Part shown: positions 12,801-26,150 of the stretch, in pieces
Position numbering within the stretch: position 1 is the first letter of the stretch
How the letters are laid out: each line of letters opens with the position of its first letter
Assembly: GCF_009834535.1 (NCBI RefSeq)
Contig: NC_045697.1
Location: 119,538,001-119,602,000 of the forward strand
Source: Camelus ferus
Lineage: Eukaryota
Reading direction: 5' to 3'
Length of the DNA: 64,000 bases
Notes under the pieces: generated by a model
What the model saw: the letters and a program-made list of their open reading frames with translations, nothing else
Told to the model about the DNA's origin: nothing
The model's database searches: none
Made by a program: the position numbers and the translations under genes

Positions 12801-13799
12801 TACTCCTAGCTTTCCCTTGCAGCACGGGTTTGGAAAACACCCAGGGATGACAGACTAAGTGATTCTATCAGAACCCTGGGGCTGCTCTCTGTTGGAGGCA
12901 CTTCCAAACACACAGGATTCCCAAAAATGGCTTTGCTTGGGTGAGTTGTGAAGCCCCACACCAAACACATGGCTGGGGGCACAAGTTTTTCCCTGTTAGG
13001 GAGAAGTTGGCTAATTCCCTCTACATTCAATCTCGGGGCACTCCTTGCTACATGGATTTCCAGCCCAACCCCCAGGTTTCCCTTGCAACACGGCCTGGTG
13101 TAACACAGAGAGAAAAGAAGCTACAGGTCCTATTAGAACCCATGCGATGCTGAAAATTGTGAAAACCTTCGAACACTCAGTATAACAGAACATATCTTTC
13201 TGTGTGTGATGGAGTAGGAAAACACATGCCAGGCATTTTTCTGGGGATCCAGGTTTTCCCAGGTTGGGAGATATCGGCTAGTTTCCTTCACTGCTCATGG
13301 GGAGTCACTGTCTTCTTCTTCGTTTCAAGCCCAAATCCAAGCTTTCCCTTGTAGCCCGGACTAGTGAAACACCCAGGGATGAAAAATAAATGATTCTATC
13401 AGTTCCCCGGCGTTGCTTTCTGTTGGAGGATCCTCCAAACCCCCAGGATTCTGGAACAAGTCTTTGCATGTTTGGAGTTGTGGAGCCCCAATCCACGCAG
13501 AAGGATGGGGTCACAGACTTGTCCCTGTTAGGGAGAAGTCCGCTACTTACCTCCACAGTGCGTCTTGGGGCACTGTTTGCTTCTTGGATTTTCAGGCAAT
13601 CCCCCAGAATTCACACGCAGCCTGTCCTTTGAAAACACTCAGGGAAAGTAAGCTAGAGCTCTATAGGAACCCAGGTGCTGCAGACAGTTTTAGGAAACTC
13701 CCCACACTCAGGATAACAGAACAATTCGTCGAGTGTCTGATAGAGATGGGTAAACTAACTCCACGCATGTTTCAGGTGGTAAAGGCGTTCTTAGGTTGT
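6900..13799. repeat. 26-monomer HOR, copy 2 (6900 bp)
   Basis: The same start motif occurs at 6900 and 13800. ORFs 7100/14000, 7144/14044 and 7367/14267 are identical at +6900. Confidence 0.95.
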
Positions 13800-16700
13800 G
13801 GAAGTTCATATAATTACCTCCATTGTCCATGGGGAGGCCCTTGCAGATGCTTGGAATTCCAGCCCTACCCCCAGCGTTTCCTCGCAGCCCTGCCTGGGAA
13901 AAACTCAGGGAATAAAATCTACAGGTTCTGTTAGAACAAAGTTGCTCCTGAAAGTTGTAGAAACCTTCCCACACTAAGGAAAATAGAACACTTCTTTGTG
14001 TGTGTGATGGAGTAGGAAAACACACTAAAGGCATGTTTCTGGGGTGCAGGTGTTCCCAGGATGGGAGATTTTGTCTAATTACCTCCACTGCCCATGGGGA
14101 GGCACTCTGGTTTTCTTCGTTTTCCAGCCCTACTCCCAGCTTTCCCTTGCTGCACGGGTTAGGAAAACACCCAGGGAAGACAAACTAAACAATTCTATCA
14201 GAACCCCGGCGCTGCTGTCAGTTGCAGGAACCTCCACACACACAGGATTCCCAAACACGGCTTTGATTGGGGAGTTGTGAAGCCCCACTCCACACACATG
14301 GCTGGGGGCCCAAGTATTTCCCTGTTATTGAGAAGTCAGTTAATTTCCTCCACAGTGCATCTTGGGGCACTCACTGCTTCTTGGATTTTCAGCCAATTCC
14401 CCAGATTTCACTCTCAGCCCGGTCTCGGAAAACACTCAGGGAAGGAAAGCTACAAGTTCTATTAGAACCCAGGCGATCCTGACATTTGTAGAAACCTCAA
14501 CACTCTAAGGAAAACAGGATAATCCTTTGTGTGTGTGATGGAGTAGGAAAATACACTAAATCATATATCTGGGGTGAGGTGTTCCCAGGATGGGAGATGT
14601 TGTCTAATTACCTCCATTGCCCATGGGGAAGCACTCCCTTCACTTCGATTTCCAGCCCTAATCTTAGCATTCCCTTGCAGCCCGACCGTGGAAAACACGC
14701 AGGGATTACAAATCTAAGACATTCTATCAGAACCAGGGCGCTGCTGTCTGTTGGAGTAACTTCCAACATTTACGATTCCAGAACACGGCTTTGTTGGGGG
14801 GATTGTTGAAGCCCCACACTGCACACACACTGTTGGGGGCACATGATACTCCCTGTTAGGGAGAAGTCTGCTAATTACATCCATAGTCCATCTAGGGGCA
14901 CTCGCTGCTACTTGGCTTTCCATACAAACCCCCAGCTTTCCCTCACAGCACCGGCCTGGGTAAACACTCAGGGATAATATGCTATTGGGTTTATAGGAAC
15001 TCAGTAGTTACCTAACTTTGTAGGAAACATCCCACACCTAGGAAAACAGAAAAAATTTTTGTGGGTCTGATGGAGATGGGTAAACAAACTCCACGCATGT
15101 TTTGGGGGGCAACAGGTTTTCCAAGGCTGTGGGACGTCGGGAAAAATACCTCAAATTTTCATGGGGAGTAACTTGCTGCTTCTACGAATTTCAGCCCAAC
15201 CCACAGCTTTACCTCGCAGCCAGGCCTGTGAAAACAATCACGGAAAAGTAAATACTGGTGCTTTTATATCCCAGTCGCTATTCACAGTTGTAGAAACCTC
15301 CACACACTCAGGAGAGCGGAACATATCTTTTTATGTAGGATTGTTTAGGAAAATACACTTCAGGCATGTTTCTGGGGGTACAGCTGTTCCCAGGTTTGGA
15401 GATGTCGCCTAATTACCTCCACTGCCATTGGGGAGGCACTCTCTACTTCTTCACTTTCCAGACCAACTCCCAATATCCCTTGCAGCCCGGCCTAAGTATT
15501 AACCTAGATATGACATAATTAGTGATTCTATTCAGAAACCTCGTCGCTGCTGTCGGTTGGAGGTACCCAACACACTCAAAATTTCAGAACACCGCTTTGC
15601 TTGTGGGAGGTTTGGAAGCCCCACACCACACAGATGTCTGTGGGCACAGGAATTCCCTGTTTATGACAAGTCCGCTAATTACCTCTACAGTCAATCTCTA
15701 GGCACTTGTTGATACTTGGCTTTCCAGCCGAACCCCCATCTTTCCCCCGTAGCCGGCCCTGGAAGACACTCAGAGGAAATAAGCTAGTTATTCTAATGGA
15801 ACGCAGGCACTGCAGACCGTTGTAGAAACCACCGCACACGAAGGATAACAGAACATATTTTTGTGTCTGACTGGAGGATGGTAAAACCTCCACGCATGTT
15901 TCAGGGGTACAGGTGTTCCTAATATGTGGGGAGGTCAGATACTTCCCACTACTGTCCATGGGGAGGAAATCGCTAATGCTTGGCTTTCCAGCCCATCCCC
16001 AAATTCCCTTGCAACCCAGCTTGAGAGAACACTCAGAAAATGTAGCTTAAATTTTAATTAGAACCCAGGCGCTGCTGACAGTTTTAGAAACGTCCCAATA
16101 CACAGGGTAACAGAACACTTCTTTGTGTGTGTTATGTAGTAGGAAAACACACTCCATGCATGTTTCTGGGGTGCAGGTTTAACCAGGTTGTGATACGTTG
16201 GCTAATTATCTCCAGAGACCATGGGGAGGCACTCTGTTTTTATTGGTTTTCCATCCCTACTCCCATGTTTCCCTTGCAGCCCGAGTTAGGAAAAGAACCA
16301 GGGATGACAGACTAAGTGATTGTATAAGAACCCTGGCGCTGCTGTCTGTTGGAGGGACCTCCAAACACACAGATTCCCAAAGAAGGCTTTGCTTGTGTGA
16401 GTTGTGAAGCCCCACACCACACACATGGCTGTGGCACAAGTTTTTACCTGTTAGGGAGAATTCCGCTAATTACCTCTAAAGTCCATCTCGTGGCACTCTC
16501 TACTACTTGGATTTCCAGCCCAACCCCCAGGTTTCCCTTACAGCCCAGCCTGGGGTAACACACAGTGAAAAGAAGCTACTGGTGCGATTAGAACCCATGC
16601 GCTGAGGACAATTGTTGGAAACCTTCGAACACTCAGGATAACAGAACACAACTTTCTGTGTGTGATGGAGTAGGGAAAACACACTCCAGGCATTTTTTTG

Positions 16701-19700
16701 GGGGATCCAGGTTTTCCCAGGTTGGGAGATGTCGGCTAGTTTCCTTCGATGCTCATGGGAGTCACTGTCTTCTTCTTCGTTTTCAAGCCCAACTCCCAGC
16801 TTTCCCTTGTAGCCCGGACTAGTGAAACACTCAGGGATGAAAAATAAATGACTTTTATCAGTACCCCGGCGTTGCTGTCTGTTGGTGGATCCTCCAAATC
16901 CTCAGGATTCTGGAACATGTCTTTGCATGTTGGGAGTTGTGGAGCCCCAATCCACGCAGAAGGATGGGTCACAGATTTGTCCCTCTAGGGAGAAGTCCGC
17001 TAATTACCTCCACAGTGGGTCTGGGGCACTCGCTGCTTCTTGGCTTTTCAGCCAATCCCCCAGAATTCACTCGCAGCCCGGCCTTTGAAAACACTCAGGG
17101 CAAGTAAGCTAGGGTTCTATAGGAACCCAGGTGCTGCAGACAGTTGTAGGAACTTCCCCACACTCAGGATAACAGAACAATTCGTCGAGTGTCTGATAGA
17201 GATGGGTAAACTAACTCCACGCATGTTTCAGGTGGTAAAGGCGTTCTTAGGTTGTGGAAGTTCTTATAATTAACTCCAATGTCCATGGGGAGGCCCTTGC
17301 AGTTGCTTGTATTTCCAGCCCTACCCCCAGCGTTTCCTCGCAGCCCGGCCTGGGAAAAACTCAGGGAATAAAAGCTACAGTTTCTGTTAGAACAAAGTTG
17401 CTCCTGAAAAGTTGTAGAAACCTCCCCACACTAAGGAAAATCGAACACTCCTTTGTGTGTGTGATGGAGTAGGAAAACACATTAAGGCATGTTTTTGGGG
17501 TGCAGGTGTTCCCAGGATGGGAGATGTTGGCTAATTACCTCCACTGCCCATTGGTATGCACTCTGATTTTTCTTCGTTTTCCAGCCATTTCCCAGCTTTC
17601 CCTTGCTGCAGCACCGGTTATGAAAACACCCAGGGATGACAAACTAAGTACGTCTATGAGACCCCGGCGCTGCTGTCTGTTGCAGGAACCTCCACAAACA
17701 CAGGATTCCCAAACACGGCTTTGATTGGTGAGTTGTGAAGCCCCACTCCACACACATTGGCTGGGGGCACAAGTATTTCCCTGTTATTGAGAAGTCAGTT
17801 AATTTCCTCCACCGTGCATCTTGGGCACTCACTGCTTCTTGGATTTCAGCCAATTCCCCAGATTTCACTCTCAGCCCTGTCTCGGAAAACACTAGCAGGG
17901 AAGGAAAGCTACAAGTTCTATTAGAACCCAGGCGATCCTGACAGTTGTAGAAACCTCAACATACTAAGTAAAACAGAATACTCTTTTGTGTGTGTGATGG
18001 AGTAGGAAAAACACACTAAAGGCATGTTTCTGGGGTGCAGGTGTTCCCAGGATGGGAGATGTTGGCTAATTACCTCCACTGCCAATGTGGAGACCACTCA
18101 CTTCACTTCGATTTCCAGCCCTAATCCTAGCATTCCCTTGCAGCCCGACCTTGGAAAACACCCAGGGATTAAAAATGTAAGACATTCTGTCAGAACCAGG
18201 GCGCTGCTTTCTGTTGGAGGAACCTCCAAACACTCACGATTCGGGAACACGGCTTTTTTGGGGGGAGTGCTGATGCCCCACTGCACACTCACTGCTGGGG
18301 GCACATGATTTTCCCTGTTAGGGAGACTTCTGCTAATTACATCCATAGTCCATCTAGGGTCACTCGCTGCTACTTGGATTTCCATACCATCCCTAGCTTT
18401 CCTTCAGAGCCCGGCCCTGGGTAAACACTCAGGGATAATATGTTATTGGTTGTATTGGAACCCAGTCGCTACCTACCGTTGTAGGAAACATCCCACACGT
18501 AGGATAACAGAAGAAAACTTTGTGGGTCTGATGGAAATGGTAAACAATCTCCACGCATGTTTCGGGGGGCACAGGTGTTCCAAGGCTGTGGGACGTCGGA
18601 AAAATACCTCAAAATTTCATGGGAGTAACTTGTTGCTTCTACGAATTTCAGCCGAACCCACAGTTTACCTCGCAGCCAGGCCTGTGAAAATAATCACGGA
18701 AAAGAAAATACTGGTGCTATTATATCCCAGCGCTGTTTCACAGGTGTAGAAACCTCCCCACACTCAGGATAGCGGAACACATCTTTGTGTGTATGACGGT
18801 TTAAGGAAAATACACTCCAGGCATTTTTCTGTCTGTACAGCTTTCTCAGGTTTGGAGATGTCGCCTAATTACCTCCACTGCCATTGGGGAGGCCTTCTAC
18901 TTCTCTCTTCTCCGCTTTCCAGACTATCTCCCAAATTTCCCTTGCAGCCCGGCCTAAGAAAACAAAAATGACAATATTAGTGATTCTATTCAGAACCCCG
19001 TCGCTGCTGTCGGTTGGAGGTACCCAACACACTCAAAATTCCGGAACACGTCTTTGCTTGGGGAGGTTAGAACCCACACACACAGATGCCTGGGGGCACA
19101 GGAATTCCCTGTTTATGAGAAGTCCGCTCATTACCTCTACAGTCAATCTCTAGCACTTGTTGCTACTTGACTTTCCAGCCGAACCCCAAGCTTTCCCTCA
19201 CAGCCCGCCCTGGAAAACACTCAGAAGATATAAGCTAGTGGTTCTAATGGAACACAGGCACTGCAGACCCTTGTAGAACCACCGCACACGCAGGATAACA
19301 GAACATATTTTTGTGTCTCTTGAGATGGTAAAACCTCCACGCATGTTTTCAGGGGGTACAGGTGGTCCTAAGTTGTGGGAGGTCAGATACTTCCCACTAC
19401 TGCCCATGGGGGGAAATAGCTCCTGCTTGGCTTTCCAGCACATCTCCGGTTCCCTTGCAACCCAGCCTGAGAGAACACTCAGAAAATAGCTTAATTTTTA
19501 ATTACAACCCAGGCGCTGCTGAGTTTGTAGAACCTCCCAATACACAGGTAACAGAACACGTCTTTGTGTGTGTTATGTAGTAGGAAAAGATCCCATGCAT
19601 GTTTCTGGGTGCAGGTTTAACCAGGTTGGGAGCGTTGGCTAATTAACTCCAAAATCCATGGGGAGGCACCTCTGTTTTTCATCGTTTCCAGACCTACTCC

Positions 19701-20677
19701 TAGCTTTCCCTTGCAGCACGGTTTGGAAAACACCCAGGGATGACAGACTAAGTGATTCTATCAGAACCCTGGGGCTGCTGTCTGTTGGAGGCACTCCAAA
19801 CACACAGGATTCCCAAAATGGTCTTGCTTGGTGAGTTGTGAAGCCCCACACAAACACATGGCTGGGGGCACAAGTTTTTTCCCTGTTAGGGAGAAGTTCG
19901 CTAATTCCCTCTACATTCAATCTCGGGCACTCCCTGCTACATGGATTTCCAGCCCAACCCCCAGGTTCCCTTGCAACACGGCTGGTGTAACACAGATAAA
20001 AGAAGCTACAGGTCCTATTAGAACCCCTGCGATGCTGAAAATTGTGGAAACCTTCGAACACTCAGTATAACAGAACACATCTTTCTGTGTGTGATGGAGT
20101 AGGAAAACACATGCCAGGCATTTTTCTGGGGATCCAGGTTTTCCCAGGTTGGGAGATATCGGCTAGTTTCCTTCACTGCTCATGGGGAGTCACTGTCCTT
20201 CTTCGTCGTTTTCAAGCCCAAATCCAAGCTTTCCCTTGTAGCCCGGACTAGTGAAACACCCAGGATGAAAAATAAATGATTCTATCAGTTCCCCGCGTTG
20301 CTTTCTGTTGGAGGATCCTCCAAACCCCCAGGATTCTGGAACAAGTCTTTGCATGTTTGGAGTTGTGGAGCCCCAATCCACGCAGAGGATGGGGTCACAG
20401 ACTTGTCCCTGTTAGGGAGAAGTCCGCTACTTACCTCCACAGTGCGTCTTGGGCACTGTTTGCTTCTTGTATTCAGGCAATCCCCCAGAATTCACCGCAG
20501 CCTGTTCCTTTGAAAACACTCAGGGAAAGTAGCTAGAGCTCTATAGGAACCCAGGTGCTGCAACAGTTTTAGGAAACTCCCCACACTCAGGATAACAGAA
20601 CAATTCGTCGAGTGTCTGATAGAGATGGGTAAACTACTCCACGCATGTTTTCAGGTGGTAAGGCGTTCTTAGGTTGT
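13800..20677. repeat. 26-monomer HOR, copy 3 (6878 bp; indel-rich), followed by a partial copy 4 (20678-21014)
   Basis: Start motif at 13800 and 20678, with the same monomer order as copies 1-2 but many 1-bp indels after ~14570. Confidence 0.92.
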
Positions 20678-21014
20678 GGAAGTTCATATAATTACCTCCA
20701 TTGTCCATGGGGAGGCCCTTGCTGATGCTTGGAATTCCAGCCCTACCCCCAGCGTTTCCTCCTCGCAGCCCGCCTGGGAAAACTCAGGGAATAAAAGCTA
20801 CAGGTTCTGTTAGAACAAAGTTGCTCCTGAAAGTTTGTAGAAACCTTCCCACACTAAGGAAAATAGAACACTCTTTGTGTGTGTGATGGAGTAGGAAAAC
20901 ACACTAAAGGCATGTTTCTGGGGTGCAGGTGTCCCAGGATGGGAGATTTTGTCTAATTACCTCCACTGCCCATGGGGAGGCACTCTGGTTTTCCTTCTTT
21001 CCTTTCTTCGTTTT

Positions 21015-21114
21015 NNNNNNNNNNNNNNNNNNNNNNNNNNNNNNNNNNNNNNNNNNNNNNNNNNNNNNNNNNNNNNNNNNNNNNNNNNNNNNNNNNNNNN
21101 NNNNNNNNNNNNNN
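21015..21114. other. Assembly gap (100 N, conventional placeholder for a gap of unknown size)
   Basis: Run of exactly 100 N; the monomer phase and HOR type differ on the two sides. Confidence 0.99.
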
Positions 21115-24100
21115 GTCTGATTGAGATGGAAAAACCCCACGCATGTTTCAGGGGGTACATGTTTTCCTCTGTTGGGGTAGTTCCGATTATTCCCATTAAT
21201 GCCCATGTGGAGTTAATCGCTCCTGCTTGGATTTCCATCCCATCCCCCAGTTTCCCTTGCAACCCAGCCAGAGAAAACAGTCAGGAAATTTAGCTAAAAT
21301 TTCTATTAGAACCCAGGCGCTGCTTAAAGATGTAGAAACCTCCCCATACACAGGGTAACAGAACACTTCTTTGTGTGTGTGATGGAATAGGAAAACACAC
21401 TCCATGCATGTTTCTGGGGTGCAGGTGTAACCAGGCTTTGTGTCGTTGGCTAAGTATCTCCAGAGCCCATGGGGAGGCACTCTGTTTTTCTTCATTTTCC
21501 AGCCCTACTCCCAGGTTCCCCTTGAAACCCGGGTTAGGAAAACACCCAGGGATGACAAACTAATTGATTCTATCAGAACACCAGCACTGCTGTCAGTTGG
21601 AGGTACCTCCACACACACAGGATTAACACAGTCTTTGCTTGGGGGAATTGTGAAGCCCCACTCCACACACATGGCTGAGGGCACAAGTTTTTCCCTGTTA
21701 GGTAAAAGTCCGCTAATTACCTCTACAGACCATTGTGGGGCACTCGCTGCTACTTGGATTTCCATCCCAACCCCCATGATTCACTTGCAGCCCGTCCTGG
21801 GGAAACACAAAGGGAAAAGAACCTACAGGTGCTATTAGAACACATGCGCTGCTAACAATTTGGGAAAACTTCGAACACTCATGATAACAGAGCACATCTT
21901 TCTGTGTGTGATGGTGTAGGAAAACACACTCCAGGCATTTTTCTGGGGATCCAGTTTTTCCCACAGTGGGAGATGTCGGCTACATTCCTTCACAGCCCAT
22001 TGGGATGCATTGACTTCTTCTTCGTTTTCAAGCCCAACTCCAAACTTTCCCTTGCATCCCGGTCTTGGATTATACCCAGTGATGACAGTCTAAGTGATTT
22101 AATCAGAGCTACGATGCTGCTGTCTTTTTAGGAACTTCCAGAGCCTTAGGATTCTGGATCACGGCTGTGTTTGGGGGTAGCTTTGGAGACCCACGGCACA
22201 GAGATTTCTTAGGGCACAGGTTTTTCCCTGTTAGGGAGATGTCCGCTATTTACCTCCACAGTCCATCTCGGGTCACTCGCTGCTACATGGCTTTCCAGCG
22301 CAAGCACAGCATTCCCTCGCAGGCCGGCCTGGGAAAACAATCAGGGATAAAAAGCCAGTGGTTCTTTTGGAACCCAGGTGCTGCAGAACATTGTAGGATA
22401 CTCCCCAAACCCAGGAAAAGAGAACACGTCTTTGTGTGTCTCATGCAGTTTGGTAAACAAACTCCACGCATGTTTCAGGGGGTTAAGGTGTTCCTAGTTA
22501 GTGGGAGTTCGGGTAATTCCCTCCAATGCCCATGGGGAGGCACTCGCTCCTGCTTGGCTTTCCAGCCCTACCCCCAGCTTTCCCAATCAGCCCGGCCTGG
22601 GAAAACACTCAGGGATAATATGCTATTGGTTGATTTGGAACACAGTCGCTACCTACCGTTGTAGGCTCTTTCCACATCTGGGATAACAGAAGAAATCTTT
22701 GTGTGTCTGATGGAGATGGGTAAACAAACTCCACGCATGTTTCAGGGGGCACAGGTGTTCCAAGGCTGTGGGACGTCGGAAAATTACCTCAAATTCTCAT
22801 GGGGAGTATCTCACTGCATCTATGAATTTCATCCAAACCCACAGATTTACCTCGCAGCTAGGCGTGTGAAAACACTCACGGAAAAAGGAAATACTGGTGC
22901 TATTAGAACCCAGGCGCTGCTGATATTTGTAGAATCCTCCCCAAACTCAGGATAGCAGAACACATCTTTGTGTGTGTGATGGTGTATAAAAATAAACTCC
23001 AGGCATATCTCTGGGGGTACATCTGTTTCATGTTTGGAGGATGTCGCTCTAATTATCTCCACTGCCAGTGGGGAGGCAATCTATACTTCTTCGCTTTGCA
23101 GACTATTCTCCCAAATTTCCCTTACAGCCCGGCCTAAGAAACACCTATGGATCACAATATTAGTGATTCTATCAGAATCCCCGCGCTGCTGTCTGTTGGA
23201 GGTACAAAACAGACTCAAAATTCCGAGCAAGTATTGGCTTGGGGGAGGTGTGGAGCCCCACACCACACAGATGACTGGGGGTCCCAGATTTTCCATCTTT
23301 ATGAGAAGTCATCTAATTAGCTTATAGTCATCTTTGGGCAATCGTTGCTACTTGGCTTTCTAGCCGAACCCCCAGATATCCCTCGCAGCCCGCCCTGGAA
23401 AAACATTCAGAGATAATAAGTTAAATTTTCCTATTGAAACACAAACACGGCAGACCGTTGTAGGAACCTCCGCACACGCAAGATAACAGAAAAATTTTTT
23501 TGTGTCTCATTGAGATGGTAAAAGCTCCACGCATGTTTCAGGGTGTACTGGTGTTCCTAGGTTGTGGGAGGTCAGATACATCCCACTACAGCCCATGGGG
23601 AAGTACTCGCTCCTGCTTGGATTTCCAGCCCATCCCCCAGGTTCCTATGCAACCCAGCCTGAGAAAACCATCAGGAAATGTAGCTGAAGATCCTATCAGA
23701 ACCCCTGTGCTGCAGTCTGTTGTAGGAACTTCCACACACACAGGATTCCCAAACACGGCTTTGCTTGGAAGAGTTTTGAAGCCCCAAACCACACACATGG
23801 CTGGGGGCAAAAGTTTTTCCCTGTTAGGGAGAAGTCCGCTAATTAGCTCAATAATCCATCTCGGGCACCCGCTACTACTTGGAATTCCAGCCCAACCCCC
23901 ATGTTTCCCTTGCAGCCCGGCCTGGGGTAACACAGAGGGAAAAGAAGCTATTGGTGCTATACGAACCCATGCCCTGCTGACAATTGTGGAAACCTTCAAA
24001 CACTCAGGATAAAAGAACATATCTTTCTGTGTGTGATGGAGTAGGAAAACAAACTCCAGGCATTTTTCTGGGGATCCAGGTTTTCCCAGGTTGGGAGATG

Positions 24101-26150
24101 TCGGCTAGATTCCTTCAGGTCCCATGGTGTGGCACTATCTTCTTCTTCGTTTTCAAGCCCAACTCCCAGATTTCCCTTGAAGCCCGGACAAGTGAAACAC
24201 CCATGGATGACAAATAAATGATACTATCAGACCCCCGCGTTGCTATCAGTTGAAGGACCCTCCAAACCTTCAGGATTCTGGAACAAGTCTTCGAGTGTGG
24301 GGAGTTGTGGAACCCTAATCCACGCAGATGGATGGGGTCAAAGTTTTGTCCCTGTTAGGGTGAAGTCCGCTAATTACCTCCACAGTGCATCTTGGGGCAC
24401 TCCCTTCTTCTTAGATTTTCAGTCTTTCCCCCAATTTTCCCTCGCAGCCCGGCCTTTTAAAACACTCAGTGATAATAAGCTACGTTTCTATTGGAAACCA
24501 GGTGCTGCAGACAATTTAGGAACCTCCCCACACTCAGAATAACTGAACAATATTTTGAGTGCCTGATTTAGATGGGTAAACTAAATCCACGCATGTTTCA
24601 AGTTGTATAGGCGTTCCTAGGTTTTGGGAGGTCGGATATTTACATCCACTGTCCATGGGGAGTCCCTTGCAGTTGCTTGGATTCCAGCCCAACCCCCAGC
24701 CTTCCCTTGCATCCCGGCCTGTGAAAACACTCAGGGAAAAAAGCTACAGATTCTATAACAATTAAGGCGCTCCTGACAGTTGTAGAAACCTCCCTACACT
24801 AAGGAAGAGAACACATCTTTCTGTGTGTGATGGTGTAGGAAAACACAGTAACGCATGGTTCTGGGTTGTAGGTGTTCGCAGGATGTTTAAAGTTCGCTAA
24901 TTAACTCCAATGCCCATGGGGAAGCACTCACTTCTTCTTCGATATCCAGCCCTAATCCTAGCATTCCCTTGAAGCCCGACAGTGGAAAACACCCAGGGAT
25001 GACAAACTAAATCATTCTATCAGAACCAGGGCGCTGCTGTATGTTGGAGGAAACTCCAAACACTCAGGATTCTGGAATACGTATTTGCTTGCTGCAAGTT
25101 GTGAAGCCCCACAGCACACTCATTGCTGGGGCCCAAGATTTTCCCTTTTAAGTCCAAGTCCGCGAAATACCTCCATAGTCCATCTCGGGGCACTCGCTGC
25201 TACTTGGATTTCCAGCCCAAACCAAAGCTTTCCCTCTCAGACCGGCCTGGTAAAGCACACAGTGAAAATATGTTATTGGTTGTATTGGAAGCCAATCTCT
25301 AACTACCGTTGTCGGAACCTTCCCACTACTAGGGTAAAAGAAGAAACATTTGTGTGTGTGATGGTGATGGGTAAACAAACTCCAAGCATGTATCAGGGGG
25401 CTTAGGTGTTCCAAGGATGTGGGACGTTGGAAAATTACCTCAAATTCTCATGGGGTGTATCTCGCTGCTGCTACGAATTACAGCCCAGCCCACAGCTTTA
25501 CCTCGCAGCCAGGCCTGTGAAAACACTCACGGAAAACAAAATACTGGTGCTTCTAGAACCCAGGCGCTGCTGAAATTTGTAGAATCCTCCCCACACTCAG
25601 GATAGCAGAACAAATATTTGTGTGTGTGATGGTGTAGGAAAATACACTCCAGGAATGTTTCTGGGGGTACAGCTTTTCCCAGGATTGGAGATGTCGCCTA
25701 ATTACCTCCATTTCAAATGGGGAGGCACTCTATACTTCTTCGCTTTCCAGACAAACTCCCAGCTTTCCTTTGAAGCCCGGCCTAAGGAAACACCTAGGGA
25801 TGACAATATTAGTGATTCTATCAGAAACCCCGCTCTGCTGCCTGTTGGAGGTACAAAACACACTCCAAATAAAGGAACATGGCTTTGCTTGGTGGAGGTG
25901 TGGAGACGAACCCCACAAGATGCCTGGGGGTTCAGTTTCTCTCGGTCTGGGAGAAGTCCGCTAATTACCTCTACAGTCATTATATGGGCAATCCTGGCTA
26001 TTTGGCTTTCCAGCCGAACCCCCAGTTTCCCTCGCAGCCCGCCCTGGAAAACACTCAGAGATTATAAGCTAGTGGTTCTATTGGAACCCAGGCACTGCAG
26101 ACAGTTGTAGGAAGCTCCGCACATGCAGGATAACAAAACACTTTTTTTGT
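21115..26150. repeat. Basic 19-monomer HOR of the right domain (5036 bp; class order C-AB-AB-C-C-AB-C-B-AB-C-AB-C-AB)
   Basis: GTCTGATTGAGATGGAAAAACCCCACG at 21115 recurs at 26151 (5036 bp = 19 x 265). Runs with the same subtype order recur at ~34650-37500, 41550-44400, 49400-56400 and 56500-60800. Confidence 0.8.

Larger units (their letters stand above)
1..21014. repeat. Tandem satellite array, ~265-bp monomer, homogeneous HOR domain (left contig)
   Basis: Anchor motif (C)TAATTACCTCC and its variants recur at ~11, 276, 541, 806, 1072, 1338, 1607, 1872, 2133, 2397, 2663, 2931, 3197 and 3464, a step of ~265 bp. The same landmarks follow each time: CTTTCCAGCCC, TTTCCCTTGCAGCCCGG, AAAACACTCAGGGA, TAGAACCCAGG and ACACTCAGGAT. 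Confidence 0.98.

Noticed and set aside
20904..21293. ORFs spanning the N run and the T/C-rich end at 20985-21014
   Set aside because: Artefacts of translating N and of a noisy contig end.
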